From NCBI GenBank assembly GCA_028714235.1, contig JAQTMQ010000002.1, forward strand, positions 8,154 through 72,153: a stretch of DNA of 64,000 bases, written 5' to 3'. Below the pieces are notes generated by a model. That model ran no database searches, was not told where the DNA came from, and saw only the letters and a list, made by a program, of their open reading frames with translations. This stretch comes from Candidatus Iainarchaeum sp. (GTDB lineage: Archaea; Micrarchaeota; Micrarchaeia; Burarchaeales; Fermentimicrarchaeaceae). The position numbers and the translations under genes are program-made. The first letter of the stretch is position 1. Each line of letters begins with the position of its first letter. Shown here piece by piece: positions 1 to 8,875 of the stretch.

Positions 1-275
1 TAATCGTGAGCGTGAAGCCCGGGCAGGAAAACCTTGAAGGCGCGAGGCGGCTCAAGAAAAAGCTCGCTTCCGCGGGAAAGCGGGCGGAGATTCTCGTCAC
101 GGACTTCGTTTCCCCCGAAGCCCTTGGGAACTTCCGGTGCTTCGGCGCGTTCGTCTGCACGGCGTGCCCGAGAATCGCGTTTGACGACGCGGAGAGGTTC
201 GGCAAGCCCATGCTCACTTTTGAGGAAGGATGCGAGCTAGCGAGGCAGCTTAACGCGCTAAAGCGGGACAGCTGA
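1..275 (+). CDS. C-terminal fragment of a diphthamide-synthase (Dph2-like) protein; 5' end lies outside the window
   Basis: The frame is open from base 3. The motif FVCTACPRIAFDD resembles the conserved Cys/ACPR region of the Dph1/Dph2 family. Confidence 0.4.
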   Translation, partial: IVSVKPGQENLEGARRLKKKLASAGKRAEILVTDFVSPEALGNFRCFGAFVCTACPRIAFDDAERFGKPMLTFEEGCELARQLNALKRDS

Positions 276-737
276 AGACTCCTTGTGCGTGATGTACGCG
301 ATGTAGCTTTCCATCCGCTCTATTCCCCCGAGGGGAAGAATCATTTCAGAGCCGATGCGCGCGTAGTCGTCGCTGTCCTTCACCTTGAGCTTGATGAGGT
401 AGTCCCAGTCCCCGGAGCACGAGTGCAGCTCGAGCACTTCCGGAATCCTGGACAGCTCTTCCCCGAACTTGCGGATGCTTTCCCCGCTCTTGTAGCGGAC
501 CGCGTAGTTCACCTTGAGCACCGTGAAAATCGTGAGCCCCGCGCCAACCTTTTTCCCGTCAACCGCGGCCGGATACCCTTTTATCACGCCGAGCTTCTCG
601 AGCCTTTTCAGCTTGCTGTGCACCGTCGTGATTGGCGCCTTCAGCCGGTGTGCGAGCTTGGTCGAGCCCGGCTTGCACATGTCGCCTTTCTGCAGCAGCT
701 TCAGCAATTCGCGGTCCGTCGCATCAAGCTTCTCCAT
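258..737 (-). CDS. Lrp/AsnC-family transcriptional regulator
   Basis: 159 aa with an N-terminal HTH (DRELLKLLQKG...TKLAHRLKAPITTVHSKLKRLEKLGVIKGY) and a C-terminal RAM domain. Confidence 0.8.
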   Translation of the reverse strand: MEKLDATDRELLKLLQKGDMCKPGSTKLAHRLKAPITTVHSKLKRLEKLGVIKGYPAAVDGKKVGAGLTIFTVLKVNYAVRYKSGESIRKFGEELSRIPEVLELHSCSGDWDYLIKLKVKDSDDYARIGSEMILPLGGIERMESYIAYITHKESSAVPL

Positions 738-839
738 AAAACCACTTTTCGTAAAACATGCGAAAAACAGCTATAAAACAGTATCTTTTCGGAAAATTTT
801 GCGACAAGTGTTATTAACCCGGCTTTCGCGTGCCCTGCG

Positions 840-1427
840 GTGTTCTCGGTGGCTGAATCCGTTTCGGTGAAAAAACCCGGCAATCCCGGGCGCGTCGCGG
901 AAGGGAAAGCGGGCGCGGTCTCGGTTTTCTCGAATTTCTTCAGGGGAAAGGAGGCCGAAAAGCCGGCCGCCTGGGCGGATTCGCCGAAGCTCGCATTCGA
1001 CCTCGAAAAAATCAGGAACCTGCGCGACAGGGCGTTTTTCGCGGAAACCGGGGAAAAAAAGGCGGCAATCCGCGAAAGCATGCTCAATCTCGCATGGGAC
1101 CTTGAAAAGAAGGTCAACGCGGAACTCCGCTCGAGCTACGGCGAGCTGGAAACGTGCAGGCGCAACGCCCGCATAGCGGGCACGGCCGGGGTTTTTTCGA
1201 CCACAACCGGCGGCTTCGCGCTCGGGAACATCGCCGTCGCGGCGGCAAAAGGCGTGCCCATCCCGCTCTTCTTCACCGCGCTGGCGGCGGCCTCTTTCGC
1301 CGCGATGCTGCTTTTTGACAGGCTCGCCGAGCGTTTCAAGCGCCGCAAGAAGGAGATAGAAGAGAGGCGCGAGAAGCTTTTTTCCGCAAACAACTCGTTA
1401 AACTCGTTATACCTCGAATACCTGTAG
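840..1427 (+). CDS. hypothetical protein with a C-terminal hydrophobic segment
   Basis: 195-aa ORF divergent from the Lrp gene, with a TM-like stretch (FALGNIAVAAAKGVPIPLFFTALAAASFAAMLLF). No family recognised. Confidence 0.35.
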   Translation: MFSVAESVSVKKPGNPGRVAEGKAGAVSVFSNFFRGKEAEKPAAWADSPKLAFDLEKIRNLRDRAFFAETGEKKAAIRESMLNLAWDLEKKVNAELRSSYGELETCRRNARIAGTAGVFSTTTGGFALGNIAVAAAKGVPIPLFFTALAAASFAAMLLFDRLAERFKRRKKEIEERREKLFSANNSLNSLYLEYL

Positions 1428-1432
1428 CGCGC

Positions 1433-1681
1433 TCATCCCCCGAGGAGCGGGGCGAGGAACCACACCATCGCGACCAGGGTTGCGTGGATGGTCGCCATCG
1501 CGAGCGCGACGTAGCCGAGCTTCCTGTGGACGGAGAACGGAATCCACTGCTTGCGGAGCTTCAGGTTTGAGAACGCGATGAATACCTGCAGGAAGACGAG
1601 CGAGTAAATGATTATTCCGAGGTAAAGGACGAGCGGCTTGCCCAAGATCGTGACGTCGTAACCAATCGTCAGCCAAGACAT
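1433..1681 (-). CDS. small membrane protein (82 aa, two TM segments)
   Basis: The distal part of ORF 1433..1891, from ATG at 1681 (MSWLTIGYDVTILGKPLVLYLGIIIYSLVF...), is hydrophobic and protein-like. The upstream extension is R/P/G-rich junk. Confidence 0.4.
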   Translation of the reverse strand: MSWLTIGYDVTILGKPLVLYLGIIIYSLVFLQVFIAFSNLKLRKQWIPFSVHRKLGYVALAMATIHATLVAMVWFLAPLLGG

Positions 1682-2064
1682 TTTTTTCACTCCGCGCGGG
1701 GGAATCCGGAAGAACTTCAAACTGGAGGGGGCGGCCAGCCCCCTGCGGTTCGGATGGCAGGAGGCCCCGTCTCGAAGCGGCTCTTCCGGCGCGGTGTCCG
1801 GGCCTGTGCTCCACCCAGTATCCCCGGAGCATGGGGCGCCGTAGCTTAGGGTTGCTCCTTCCGGCCTGGCCCGATTCGTACGGCAGACCATCCCCGGGGG
1901 CTGGGCTTCTACGCTTCAGCCCGGTCCTGGAACCGGAAAAGCCGCGCCTCAACAGGGCGTTCGGTCCCGCCTGGAGGGGATTTGCGGCGACAGGGGACCC
2001 CTGGCCCCCCGACCTATCCTGCCGCAACAGGTTGCGAAGCCGCTGTTTAAAAACCGCCCGCCTT
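1682..2064. ncRNA. candidate structured non-coding RNA (SRP RNA or RNase P RNA are possibilities; unverified)
   Basis: A 380-nt gap between two minus-strand genes with no credible ORF. It is very GC-rich and has many nested inverted repeats. CUGUGCUCC (1804-1812) pairs with GGAGCAUGG (1826-1834), GGCGC (1788-1792) with GCGCC (1836-1840), GGGCU (1904-1908) with AGCCC (1918-1922), and CAGGGG with CCCCUG at 1991-2003. A GUCCGGGC motif lies at 1796-1803 and GCCCGG at 1919-1924. Confidence 0.25.
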
Positions 2065-2604
2065 TCACTCGTAGTTTTGGGCGAAATCGCCGCTCACGGT
2101 GCGCGTCGCGCCGGTGTCGAGCTCCGTGTACCTTATCCAGAGCTTTCCGCTGAAGTGCTGCCCCACGCGCGCGTCCGGGAAGACGGTGACGTTGCCGAGC
2201 GCCGCCTGGTAGCAGGACGCGTTGGCCACTCCCCCGTCCCGGCTTTCCGTGCTCGCAATCCATTTCTCTTCGCCTATCCGCATCGTCCCGTTCGAGACGT
2301 CCGCCCAGCCGTCCGTCGGCACGGCCGTTTCCTGCGTGCACTTGAATTGCGTGACGTTAATCGGGCGGGGGAGGCTCTGCCTCAGCCGCAGGTCCATGTA
2401 TCCGGTGCCGCTTTCGAGCTTGTACGCGACGCACGCGATGCCCGGAGGCAGCGAGCACGCCGGGGTCACGCTCGCTCCCGCCGCGAGCACCCCGCTGTAG
2501 AAAACGATTGCGACGAGCACGATGGCGGCGAGAATCATCCACGAGTAGGAGATGAGGTACTCGAGCGCGTTTTGCGCCTTGAAGTTTTTCACCAGAGCCA
2601 CCAT
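2065..2604 (-). CDS. archaeal type IV pilin-like protein (class III signal peptide)
   Basis: The N-terminus KAQNALEYLISYSWMILAAIVLVAIV matches the prepilin/archaellin class-III signal plus hydrophobic helix. The mature part carries NxT/S sequons (NVT, NGT, NAS, NVT). Confidence 0.6.
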   Translation of the reverse strand: MVALVKNFKAQNALEYLISYSWMILAAIVLVAIVFYSGVLAAGASVTPACSLPPGIACVAYKLESGTGYMDLRLRQSLPRPINVTQFKCTQETAVPTDGWADVSNGTMRIGEEKWIASTESRDGGVANASCYQAALGNVTVFPDARVGQHFSGKLWIRYTELDTGATRTVSGDFAQNYE

Positions 2605-2614
2605 CGGGCGCGCT

Positions 2615-3301
2615 TCACTTCACCGTGGTCCCGTCGTGCTTACCGCCGCGGATTGCCGCCTCGACCTGCTTCAGGTCCTTCCCGTTGACGAAGTGCGTCT
2701 CCATTTTCGAGCGCGCGATTATCTTGCAGGCGATGTTGTCGAACACGAAGTGCGTGCCCGCCTTCCTCATGTCGTACTCGTTCGCGAGCTTGACGAGCTG
2801 GGAGTGCGTCATCCGCGAAAACTTCTTGGCTCCGGCGCGGCGCGGCGGCCTGTCGTAGATGGCGTCGATGTTCGAGAGGTTGACGAGGCGCCTCGCCCGG
2901 ATTTTTTCGGCGAGCAGGGCGGCGTCCGCGTCCGTGGTGAAACCGGGTATCGTGCCGCCCATGACGACCACGCGCCTTTCCGCGACCGCCACCGCTTCCG
3001 CGGCGCGGTTGAAGTCCTCCATGACTCCCGGATAGGCGCGCTCGCCCAGGGCGGAGGCGGCGATGAACGCGTTCGCGCGCGTCATGAGGATTGCGGCCTC
3101 GTCGGCGACGAACTCGTTTCCCCCGAGGGCGCGCACCGCGGACGCGTATTCGCGCGCCGGCGTTCCCCCGCCGCTTATCACCGCGAACTGGAACTCCTTT
3201 GAGAGCGCGTTCACGAGCTTTGCGAGCTTCTGCAGGAACAGGACGTCAACCTTGCCGGGGTTGATCAGGCTTCCGCCGACGGACAGGACTACTCGCGACA
3301 A
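2615..3301 (-). CDS. pyrH: uridylate (UMP) kinase, archaeal type
   Basis: 228-aa amino-acid-kinase fold (VLSVGGSLI...ISGGG...VVMGGTIPGFTTDADAALLAEKI). Confidence 0.8.
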   Translation of the reverse strand: MSRVVLSVGGSLINPGKVDVLFLQKLAKLVNALSKEFQFAVISGGGTPAREYASAVRALGGNEFVADEAAILMTRANAFIAASALGERAYPGVMEDFNRAAEAVAVAERRVVVMGGTIPGFTTDADAALLAEKIRARRLVNLSNIDAIYDRPPRRAGAKKFSRMTHSQLVKLANEYDMRKAGTHFVFDNIACKIIARSKMETHFVNGKDLKQVEAAIRGGKHDGTTVK

Positions 3302-3349
3302 AGAGCATCACCGAACCGTTTTTAAGTCGCGTCCCTTTTAATTATTGCC

Positions 3350-3919
3350 ATGGTGCGCTCCGCGAAATTGGCGAAATCGGTTGCCTCGGCGTACGCGGCC
3401 CTGAAGAGGAGCGAGGCCGCGCAGGACAGGCTCGTCGCGCTTTCCCGCGAAATAATCCGCGCCTGCGCTTTCGCCGTCAAGTCCATCCACGCGAAGGAAG
3501 CGCGCGGGGCGGAAGCCGAGATTTCCAGGGCGAGGAAGCTCGTTTCGGAGGCGCGCGGGGTGGACAGGGGCCTCGAGCACGTCGCGATGCAGGCGTACCA
3601 GGAGTTGTGCGAGGTCGAGGTGCTCGTCGCGGTCATCGGCGACAGGGAGATTCCCTCGCGGGCGGAGCTGGGCGTGCCTGTCGAGGCGTATTTCGCGGGC
3701 CTCATGGACGCGGTGGGCGAGCTTAGGCGCGAGATGCTCGAGGAATTGAAGCGCGGGGACAGGAAGGCGGCGGTCGCCCGGTTCGACGCCATGAACGCGA
3801 TTTACGAGGAGACGCTCCCGCTCAAGTTCTCCAACTCCATCCTTCCCGGGTTCAGGAAGAAGCAGGACGTCGCCCGCATCCAGCTCGACCACGCGAGGAG
3901 CGAGCTGTTGCGCAAATAA
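3350..3919 (+). CDS. translin-family protein (putative)
   Basis: 189 aa, all-helical. LSREIIRACAFAVKSIHAKEARGAEAEISRARKLVSEAR and the C-terminal ...ARSELLRK resemble archaeal translin. Confidence 0.5.
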   Translation: MVRSAKLAKSVASAYAALKRSEAAQDRLVALSREIIRACAFAVKSIHAKEARGAEAEISRARKLVSEARGVDRGLEHVAMQAYQELCEVEVLVAVIGDREIPSRAELGVPVEAYFAGLMDAVGELRREMLEELKRGDRKAAVARFDAMNAIYEETLPLKFSNSILPGFRKKQDVARIQLDHARSELLRK

Positions 3920-3925
3920 ATAGTT

Positions 3926-5041
3926 TTGCAGGCAAATAGCTTTGCGCGGGCAGCCGCCCGCGCAAGGTTCAGGGGTGGGTTGTTGCTGTTTACGCCAGGT
4001 CCCGTTGATTTGACGAAGGAAATCGGCGCGGCGCAGGAAAAAAGGATGATTTCCCACCGGGGAAGCGAGTACCACGAGCTCCACTCCCGGGTCGTGGAAA
4101 ACGCGCGCCGGCTGATGGACTGCGACGACGCCTTCATAATAACCGGCAGCGGCAGCGCGGGAATAGAGGCCTGCGTCGCGAGCAGCGTGAGGGAAGGCGA
4201 AAAGGCGCTCGTCTGCCACAACGGGGTTTTCGGGGAGCGCCTGCTTGCGACGTGCCTCCTCCACGGCGCCGCGGCGTCGGGGGAAAAGCTCGGCTACGGG
4301 CTCGGCTTCTCGCTTGAGCGGGCGAAGGCGGCAATCGACGCCGCGAAGCCGTCGTTTTTCGGAATCGTCCTCAACGAGACGAGCACGGCGGTGTGCAACG
4401 ACGTCAGGGACGCCTGCCTTTACGCGAAGAAAAGCGGCGCGCTCGTTTTCGTTGACGGCGTGAGCGGCGTGGGCGGGCACGAGTTCTCCATGCGGCTTTC
4501 CGGAGTGGACCTGTGCGCGGTCGGCTCGCAGAAATGCATCGGCGCGCCCCCCGGGCTCGCGCTCGTCGGGGCGAGCGGCGGCGCAATCGCGCACATGAAA
4601 ACGGTCAAGCCGCGGACGCGGTACCTGGACCTGAACCGGTTCGCGGAATTCAGCGCGAAGAGCGAGACGCCCTTCACCCCCGCGATATCCCTCATCTACG
4701 CGCTCGACGAGGCGCTGGCCGGGGTTTTCAGGGAGGGGCTTGCGGCGAGAATCGGGCGGCACAGGAAGGCGGGCGAGTTCGCGCGCGCCAGGCTTTCGCA
4801 GGCGGGCTTCGCGCTTCTCGCCGAAAAGGGCTTCGAGTCGAACACCCTGACCGCGTTCAGGGTCTCCTCGCCGGAGGAGGAGAAGGGAATCAGGGACGCG
4901 CTCAAGGCGAGGGGCTTCATTGTTTCCGGCGGCATGGGGGAATTGAAGGGGAAGGTGGTGCGCATCGGCCACATGGCCAACTTTTCGCAGGAAAAGCTCG
5001 CCGAGTGCGTCGAGGCCGCAGTCGCTTGGAAAAAGCGTTAG
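3926..5041 (+). CDS. class-V (AGXT-family) aminotransferase, serine-pyruvate/phosphoserine aminotransferase-like
   Basis: It has the LLLFTPGPVDL start motif and a PLP-fold core (FIITGSGSAGIEA...). A lysine-containing region lies near SQKCIGAPPG. The start codon is uncertain. Confidence 0.75.
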   Translation: MQANSFARAAARARFRGGLLLFTPGPVDLTKEIGAAQEKRMISHRGSEYHELHSRVVENARRLMDCDDAFIITGSGSAGIEACVASSVREGEKALVCHNGVFGERLLATCLLHGAAASGEKLGYGLGFSLERAKAAIDAAKPSFFGIVLNETSTAVCNDVRDACLYAKKSGALVFVDGVSGVGGHEFSMRLSGVDLCAVGSQKCIGAPPGLALVGASGGAIAHMKTVKPRTRYLDLNRFAEFSAKSETPFTPAISLIYALDEALAGVFREGLAARIGRHRKAGEFARARLSQAGFALLAEKGFESNTLTAFRVSSPEEEKGIRDALKARGFIVSGGMGELKGKVVRIGHMANFSQEKLAECVEAAVAWKKR

Positions 5042-5047
5042 GCGCAG

Positions 5048-5944
5048 GTGGTTTGGTTGGCTCGCGTTGTGGTTGCGGACGGCCTGGATGAAGGGGCCGT
5101 CGCGGAGTTGGGGAAGGCTTTCGGCCCGGTTTCGGTGAAGCCGGCCGACTTGGGCGCGGAGCTCGCCGACGCCGAAATACTGATAGTGCGAAGCAAGACG
5201 AGGGTCACCCCGGCGCTGCTCGCGCTCGCGCCCAAGCTGAAGGTCGTCGCGAGGGCCGGGGTCGGCCTCGACAACGTCGACGCGGACGCGTGCGCGGAAA
5301 GGGGCATCGCGGTCTTCAACACGCCGGACGCGAGCACGGTCGCGGTCGCGGAATTCGCGGTCGCCATGATTTTCTCGCTGCTCCGCCACCTGCCGCGCGC
5401 GGACGCGTGCATGAGGGCGTCCAGGTGGGAGAAGAGCGCGCTTGCCGGCCGCGAGCTTTCCGGGAAGACGGTCGGCATAATCGGCTTCGGGAGGATCGGG
5501 AGCTCGGTTGCGGACCGGCTTCGCCCGTTCGGCTGCAGGATACTCACGTTTTCGCTTGAATTCCTGAAGAACCCGGGGGACACGGAAGTGGTGCCGCTTG
5601 AGGAGCTGCTCGCGCGTTCGGACATAGTCACCCTCCACGTCCCGCTGACGCCGGAAACGAGGCACATGATGAACGCCGAAAGGATTGCGCTGATGAAGCC
5701 GGACGCCCTAATAGTGAACACGGCGCGCGGAGAGCTCGTTGACGAGGAGGCGCTTTACTGCGCGCTGAAGGCCGGAAAGCTGGGCGGCGCGGCGCTTGAC
5801 GTCTATCCCGTCGAGCCGTATTCCGGGAAGCTTTGCGGCCTCGAAAACGTGGTCCTCACGCCCCACATCGCGGGAAGCACCGCGGAGGGACAGGCGCGCA
5901 TAGGGCGGCAGCTCGTGGAAAAGCTGAAAGAAATTCGCTTGTGA
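5048..5944 (+). CDS. serA: D-3-phosphoglycerate dehydrogenase / D-2-hydroxyacid dehydrogenase
   Basis: It has the NAD-binding GxGxxG (GIIGFGRIGSSVA), the catalytic region (TLHVPLTPETRHMMNAE...NTARGELVDEEAL) and the HIAGST motif. Confidence 0.75.
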   Translation: MVWLARVVVADGLDEGAVAELGKAFGPVSVKPADLGAELADAEILIVRSKTRVTPALLALAPKLKVVARAGVGLDNVDADACAERGIAVFNTPDASTVAVAEFAVAMIFSLLRHLPRADACMRASRWEKSALAGRELSGKTVGIIGFGRIGSSVADRLRPFGCRILTFSLEFLKNPGDTEVVPLEELLARSDIVTLHVPLTPETRHMMNAERIALMKPDALIVNTARGELVDEEALYCALKAGKLGGAALDVYPVEPYSGKLCGLENVVLTPHIAGSTAEGQARIGRQLVEKLKEIRL

Positions 5945-5947
5945 ATC

Positions 5948-6391
5948 TCATCCTCGCCGCGTCCCGACCCGCCCGCAGCCGCGGAAGCCCTCCGAGAGCG
6001 CGCTTTTCGCTTCCGCGCCCGCCGCAGCCGCCCCGGCCGCAGGCGGCGCAACCGCCTCGCGCGCCGGCGCTGCGCGCGCAATCTCGTTTTTCCTGGCTTC
6101 CACGGCAATCGCGACTATCGCGGTGGCGCAGGGCGGGGCGCTCGAGGCCTCCCCCAGCTCCGCCGGCGTGGCGCCGAGCATCGCGAGCTTCTCCACCATC
6201 GCTTTCGCCTGCGGGTCAACGGACAGGCACCCGAGCCCGCATTCCCCGAACCTTTCGGCGAGGCCGTCGCAAAGCGCCCTGACCTCGGCCTCCCGCCTTA
6301 TGCCCGCGAGGCCGGCCCTAGCAAGCTCTGCCCGAGGCTCGGCGCGCCGCCCGAACCCCTTCCCGCTTTCGCCTGGAGAAACACAATCCAC
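5948..6391 (-). CDS. hypothetical protein
   Basis: 147-aa ORF filling the serA-serS gap, with a Cys-containing motif CDGLAERFGECGLGC. Composition is partly low-complexity. Confidence 0.3.
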   Translation of the reverse strand: MDCVSPGESGKGFGRRAEPRAELARAGLAGIRREAEVRALCDGLAERFGECGLGCLSVDPQAKAMVEKLAMLGATPAELGEASSAPPCATAIVAIAVEARKNEIARAAPAREAVAPPAAGAAAAGAEAKSALSEGFRGCGRVGTRRG

Positions 6392-6573
6392 CGAGATGCA
6401 CCCGCGCTGGAACGCCCGCTCCCGGTTTAATACGGTTGCCCGTAATTGTTATCGCGCCCGGAGCGCCCAAGGCGAATAAAATACCCGCGCCGCGGCGCGG
6501 GTGCGGATTCGGGCGGCATTTGCACAGGAGCGTTAAAAAATGCGCCTTGAGTAAGAGGTTGCGGTGCGGACTT

Positions 6574-7842
6574 ATGCTTGACATCCGAAGAATCAGGGAT
6601 AACCCGGACGAGCTGCGCGCGGCCCTGAAGAACAGGGGGCAGGACGCGGGCGCGGTCGAGGAAATCCTCAGGCTTGACGGGGAATGGCGGGAGCTGAAGG
6701 CGCTTGCGGACGGCCTGCGCGCCTCCAAGAACAAGGTTTCCCTCGAAATCAACGGGCTCAAGAAGGCGGGGAAGGGGATTGACGCGCAGGTCCACGAGTC
6801 GCACAGGATTAACGCGGAGCTCGCGGGCGTTGAGGGGAAGGCGGCTGAGATGGAGGGCAGGCTGGCCGCCATCATGCTCACCGTCCCCAACATCCCGCAC
6901 CCGAGCGTCGCGGTCGGGAAATGCGAGGACGACAACCCGGTGATTCGCTCGTCAGGAACCCCGCGGAAATTCGACTTCAAGCCGAAAGAGCATTGGGAGC
7001 TTGCCACGGAGCTGGACATAATGGATTTCGAGCGCGGGGCGAAGATTGCGGGCCACCGCTTCACCCTCCTGAAAGGCGACGGGGCGAAGCTTGAGCGCGC
7101 GGCCATAAACTTTTTCCTCGACGTGCACGAGAAGAACGGGTGGTTCGAGGTGTTCCCGCCCCTGCTCGTCAACGAGAAGACCGCGACCGGCACCGGAAAC
7201 CTGCCCAAGTTCGCCGACCAGCTTTACTACTGCGGCGAGGACAAGCTCTACCTGATTCCGACCGCGGAAGTCCCGGTTACGAACATCTACATGGACGAGA
7301 TAATCCCGAAGGAGGACCTCCCCATGCGCTTCTGCGCGTACACGCCCTGCTTCCGCAGGGAAGCCGGCGAATACGGGCGCGACATCAAGGGCTACCTGCG
7401 CCAGCACCAGTTCAACAAGGTGGAGCTCGTAACAATATGCGAGCCGGAGAAGTCTTACGAGGAGCACGAGCTGATGGCGAAGGAAGCCGAGCGCGTCCTG
7501 GAGCTGCTGGGCCTTCCTTACAACCGCATGCTGCTCTGCACGGGCGACATGGGCTTCGCGGCCGCAAAGACCTACGACCTGAACGTCTGGCTTCCCGGGC
7601 AGGGCAAATACCGCGAAATCTCATCCATCTCCAACTGCGAGGACTTCCAGGCGCGCAGGGGAAACACGCGCTACCGCGACGCGAAAAACAAGCCGAGGCT
7701 CGTGCACACGCTGAACGGCTCCGGGATAGCGGTGGGGCGCACCGTAATCGCAATCATGGAAAACTACCAGAACGCGGACGGCTCAATCACGGTTCCCGAG
7801 GCGCTGCGGCCGTACATGAAGGGAAAGGAAAAAATCGCGTGA
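6574..7842 (+). CDS. serS: seryl-tRNA synthetase
   Basis: It has the N-terminal coiled-coil (MLDIRRIRDNPDEL...) and class-II motifs (FRREAG, GSGIAVGRTVIAIMENYQ). ATG at 6574, with TTAAAAAA at 6533-6540 upstream. Confidence 0.9.
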   Translation: MLDIRRIRDNPDELRAALKNRGQDAGAVEEILRLDGEWRELKALADGLRASKNKVSLEINGLKKAGKGIDAQVHESHRINAELAGVEGKAAEMEGRLAAIMLTVPNIPHPSVAVGKCEDDNPVIRSSGTPRKFDFKPKEHWELATELDIMDFERGAKIAGHRFTLLKGDGAKLERAAINFFLDVHEKNGWFEVFPPLLVNEKTATGTGNLPKFADQLYYCGEDKLYLIPTAEVPVTNIYMDEIIPKEDLPMRFCAYTPCFRREAGEYGRDIKGYLRQHQFNKVELVTICEPEKSYEEHELMAKEAERVLELLGLPYNRMLLCTGDMGFAAAKTYDLNVWLPGQGKYREISSISNCEDFQARRGNTRYRDAKNKPRLVHTLNGSGIAVGRTVIAIMENYQNADGSITVPEALRPYMKGKEKIA

Positions 7843-7845
7843 GCC

Positions 7846-8217
7846 TCACGCGACCTGGTCCTTCGCCATCCTCCCAACCACGGGAAGCATGGGCGCCTTC
7901 CCCTCGTACGCGCTCGCCGCAAGGTAAACCCTCAGGCAAATCATGGAAACGACGAACGCGACCCAGGCGGCCCAAACAAAGCAGATTCCTATCACGGTCA
8001 ATATGAGCAGCACCGTTGCCGCGTACAAAACCATCGTCACCGGAATCATTGCGGCGTCGAACAGCATCACCTGCATCGCGTGGAAGCGCGCGAAGGCGTC
8101 CTTCTTGTCCGCGAGCAGGTAGACGAGGAGCGCGACTATCATCCCCCCGAAAACGTACGGGATTGCCGCAAGAATCCTGCTGTCGTTCCGAGTTGCCCCT
8201 ATTCCCGCGTCCTCCAT
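7846..8217 (-). CDS. small membrane protein, DUF4870-like
   Basis: The pattern ILAAIPYVFGG...FARFHAMQ plus 3 TM helices. Confidence 0.55.
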   Translation of the reverse strand: MEDAGIGATRNDSRILAAIPYVFGGMIVALLVYLLADKKDAFARFHAMQVMLFDAAMIPVTMVLYAATVLLILTVIGICFVWAAWVAFVVSMICLRVYLAASAYEGKAPMLPVVGRMAKDQVA

Positions 8218-8291
8218 CCCTTATCGCCGGACGGTTATGCGCTTGGCGGGTTTAAAAGCGTGAGTCCCCCAAACTATAACGGTGAGAACGG

Positions 8292-8834
8292 ATGGCTTCT
8301 GCTGAAACGGTCTTGTCCGGCCTGCTCAAGGGCGCGGAGGATTTCAGGGCGCGCGAGCCCCAGGAAGCGCGCGCAACGCTCGCGAAGGGGCAGTCTCCCG
8401 GCGCGGCAATCCTTTACTGCAGCGACTCGCGCGAAACCGCGGAAAAGCTTTTCGGCTGCGACCGCCGGGGCGAGGTTTTCGGAATCCGGCTCGCGGGAAA
8501 CGTGGCGTCCAGGGAGGCAATACAGTCCGCAGTCTACGCGGTGGAGCACCTGCACGTCCCGCTCCTCATGGTCCTCGGGCACACTGGCTGCGGCGCGGTC
8601 GGCGCGAAAAGGAAGGGCGGGGAAGCGAAGCTCGCGGAGCTGCTGTCCCTCGTGGAGCCCGACGAAAGGCTGAACGTGCGCGCGCAGGTGAAGCGGCTGA
8701 TTGCGGAAGAAGCCGTCGCGGAGCGCGTCGAGGCGGGAAAGCTGGTGGTCGTGGGCGCGCTGCACGACCTCGAGAGCGGCGCAATCACGGAGCTCGTCCG
8801 CGTTTCCAAGGGCAGGACCGAGCTCGCGCGCTAG
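8292..8834 (+). CDS. beta-class carbonic anhydrase
   Basis: It carries the zinc-ligand motifs CSDSR and GHTGCGAV. Confidence 0.7.
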   Translation: MASAETVLSGLLKGAEDFRAREPQEARATLAKGQSPGAAILYCSDSRETAEKLFGCDRRGEVFGIRLAGNVASREAIQSAVYAVEHLHVPLLMVLGHTGCGAVGAKRKGGEAKLAELLSLVEPDERLNVRAQVKRLIAEEAVAERVEAGKLVVVGALHDLESGAITELVRVSKGRTELAR

Positions 8835-8875
8835 GAGCCGCCCCGGCCCGGAGTTCATTTAGTCTTGGTGAAGCA

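Noticed and set aside
1826-1960. Possible tRNA (GCCGTAGCTTAGG... resembles a tRNA 5' end, and CCGGT-CCTGGAA-ACCGG resembles a T-arm)
   Set aside because: Acceptor-stem halves do not pair, and the T-loop lacks the TTC/GAAT consensus. No consistent cloverleaf could be built by eye.
1407-2688. Overlapping ORFs (206, 152-extension, 285, 130 aa) across the 1682-2064 gap
   Set aside because: They mutually overlap on both strands, have R/P/G-rich composition and no domain-like motifs. The region is better explained as non-coding.
3338-5665. 775-aa ORF on the minus strand
   Set aside because: It is antisense to the well-supported aminotransferase and serA genes. Its translation is Arg/Pro/Gly-rich low complexity, typical of spurious ORFs in high-GC DNA.
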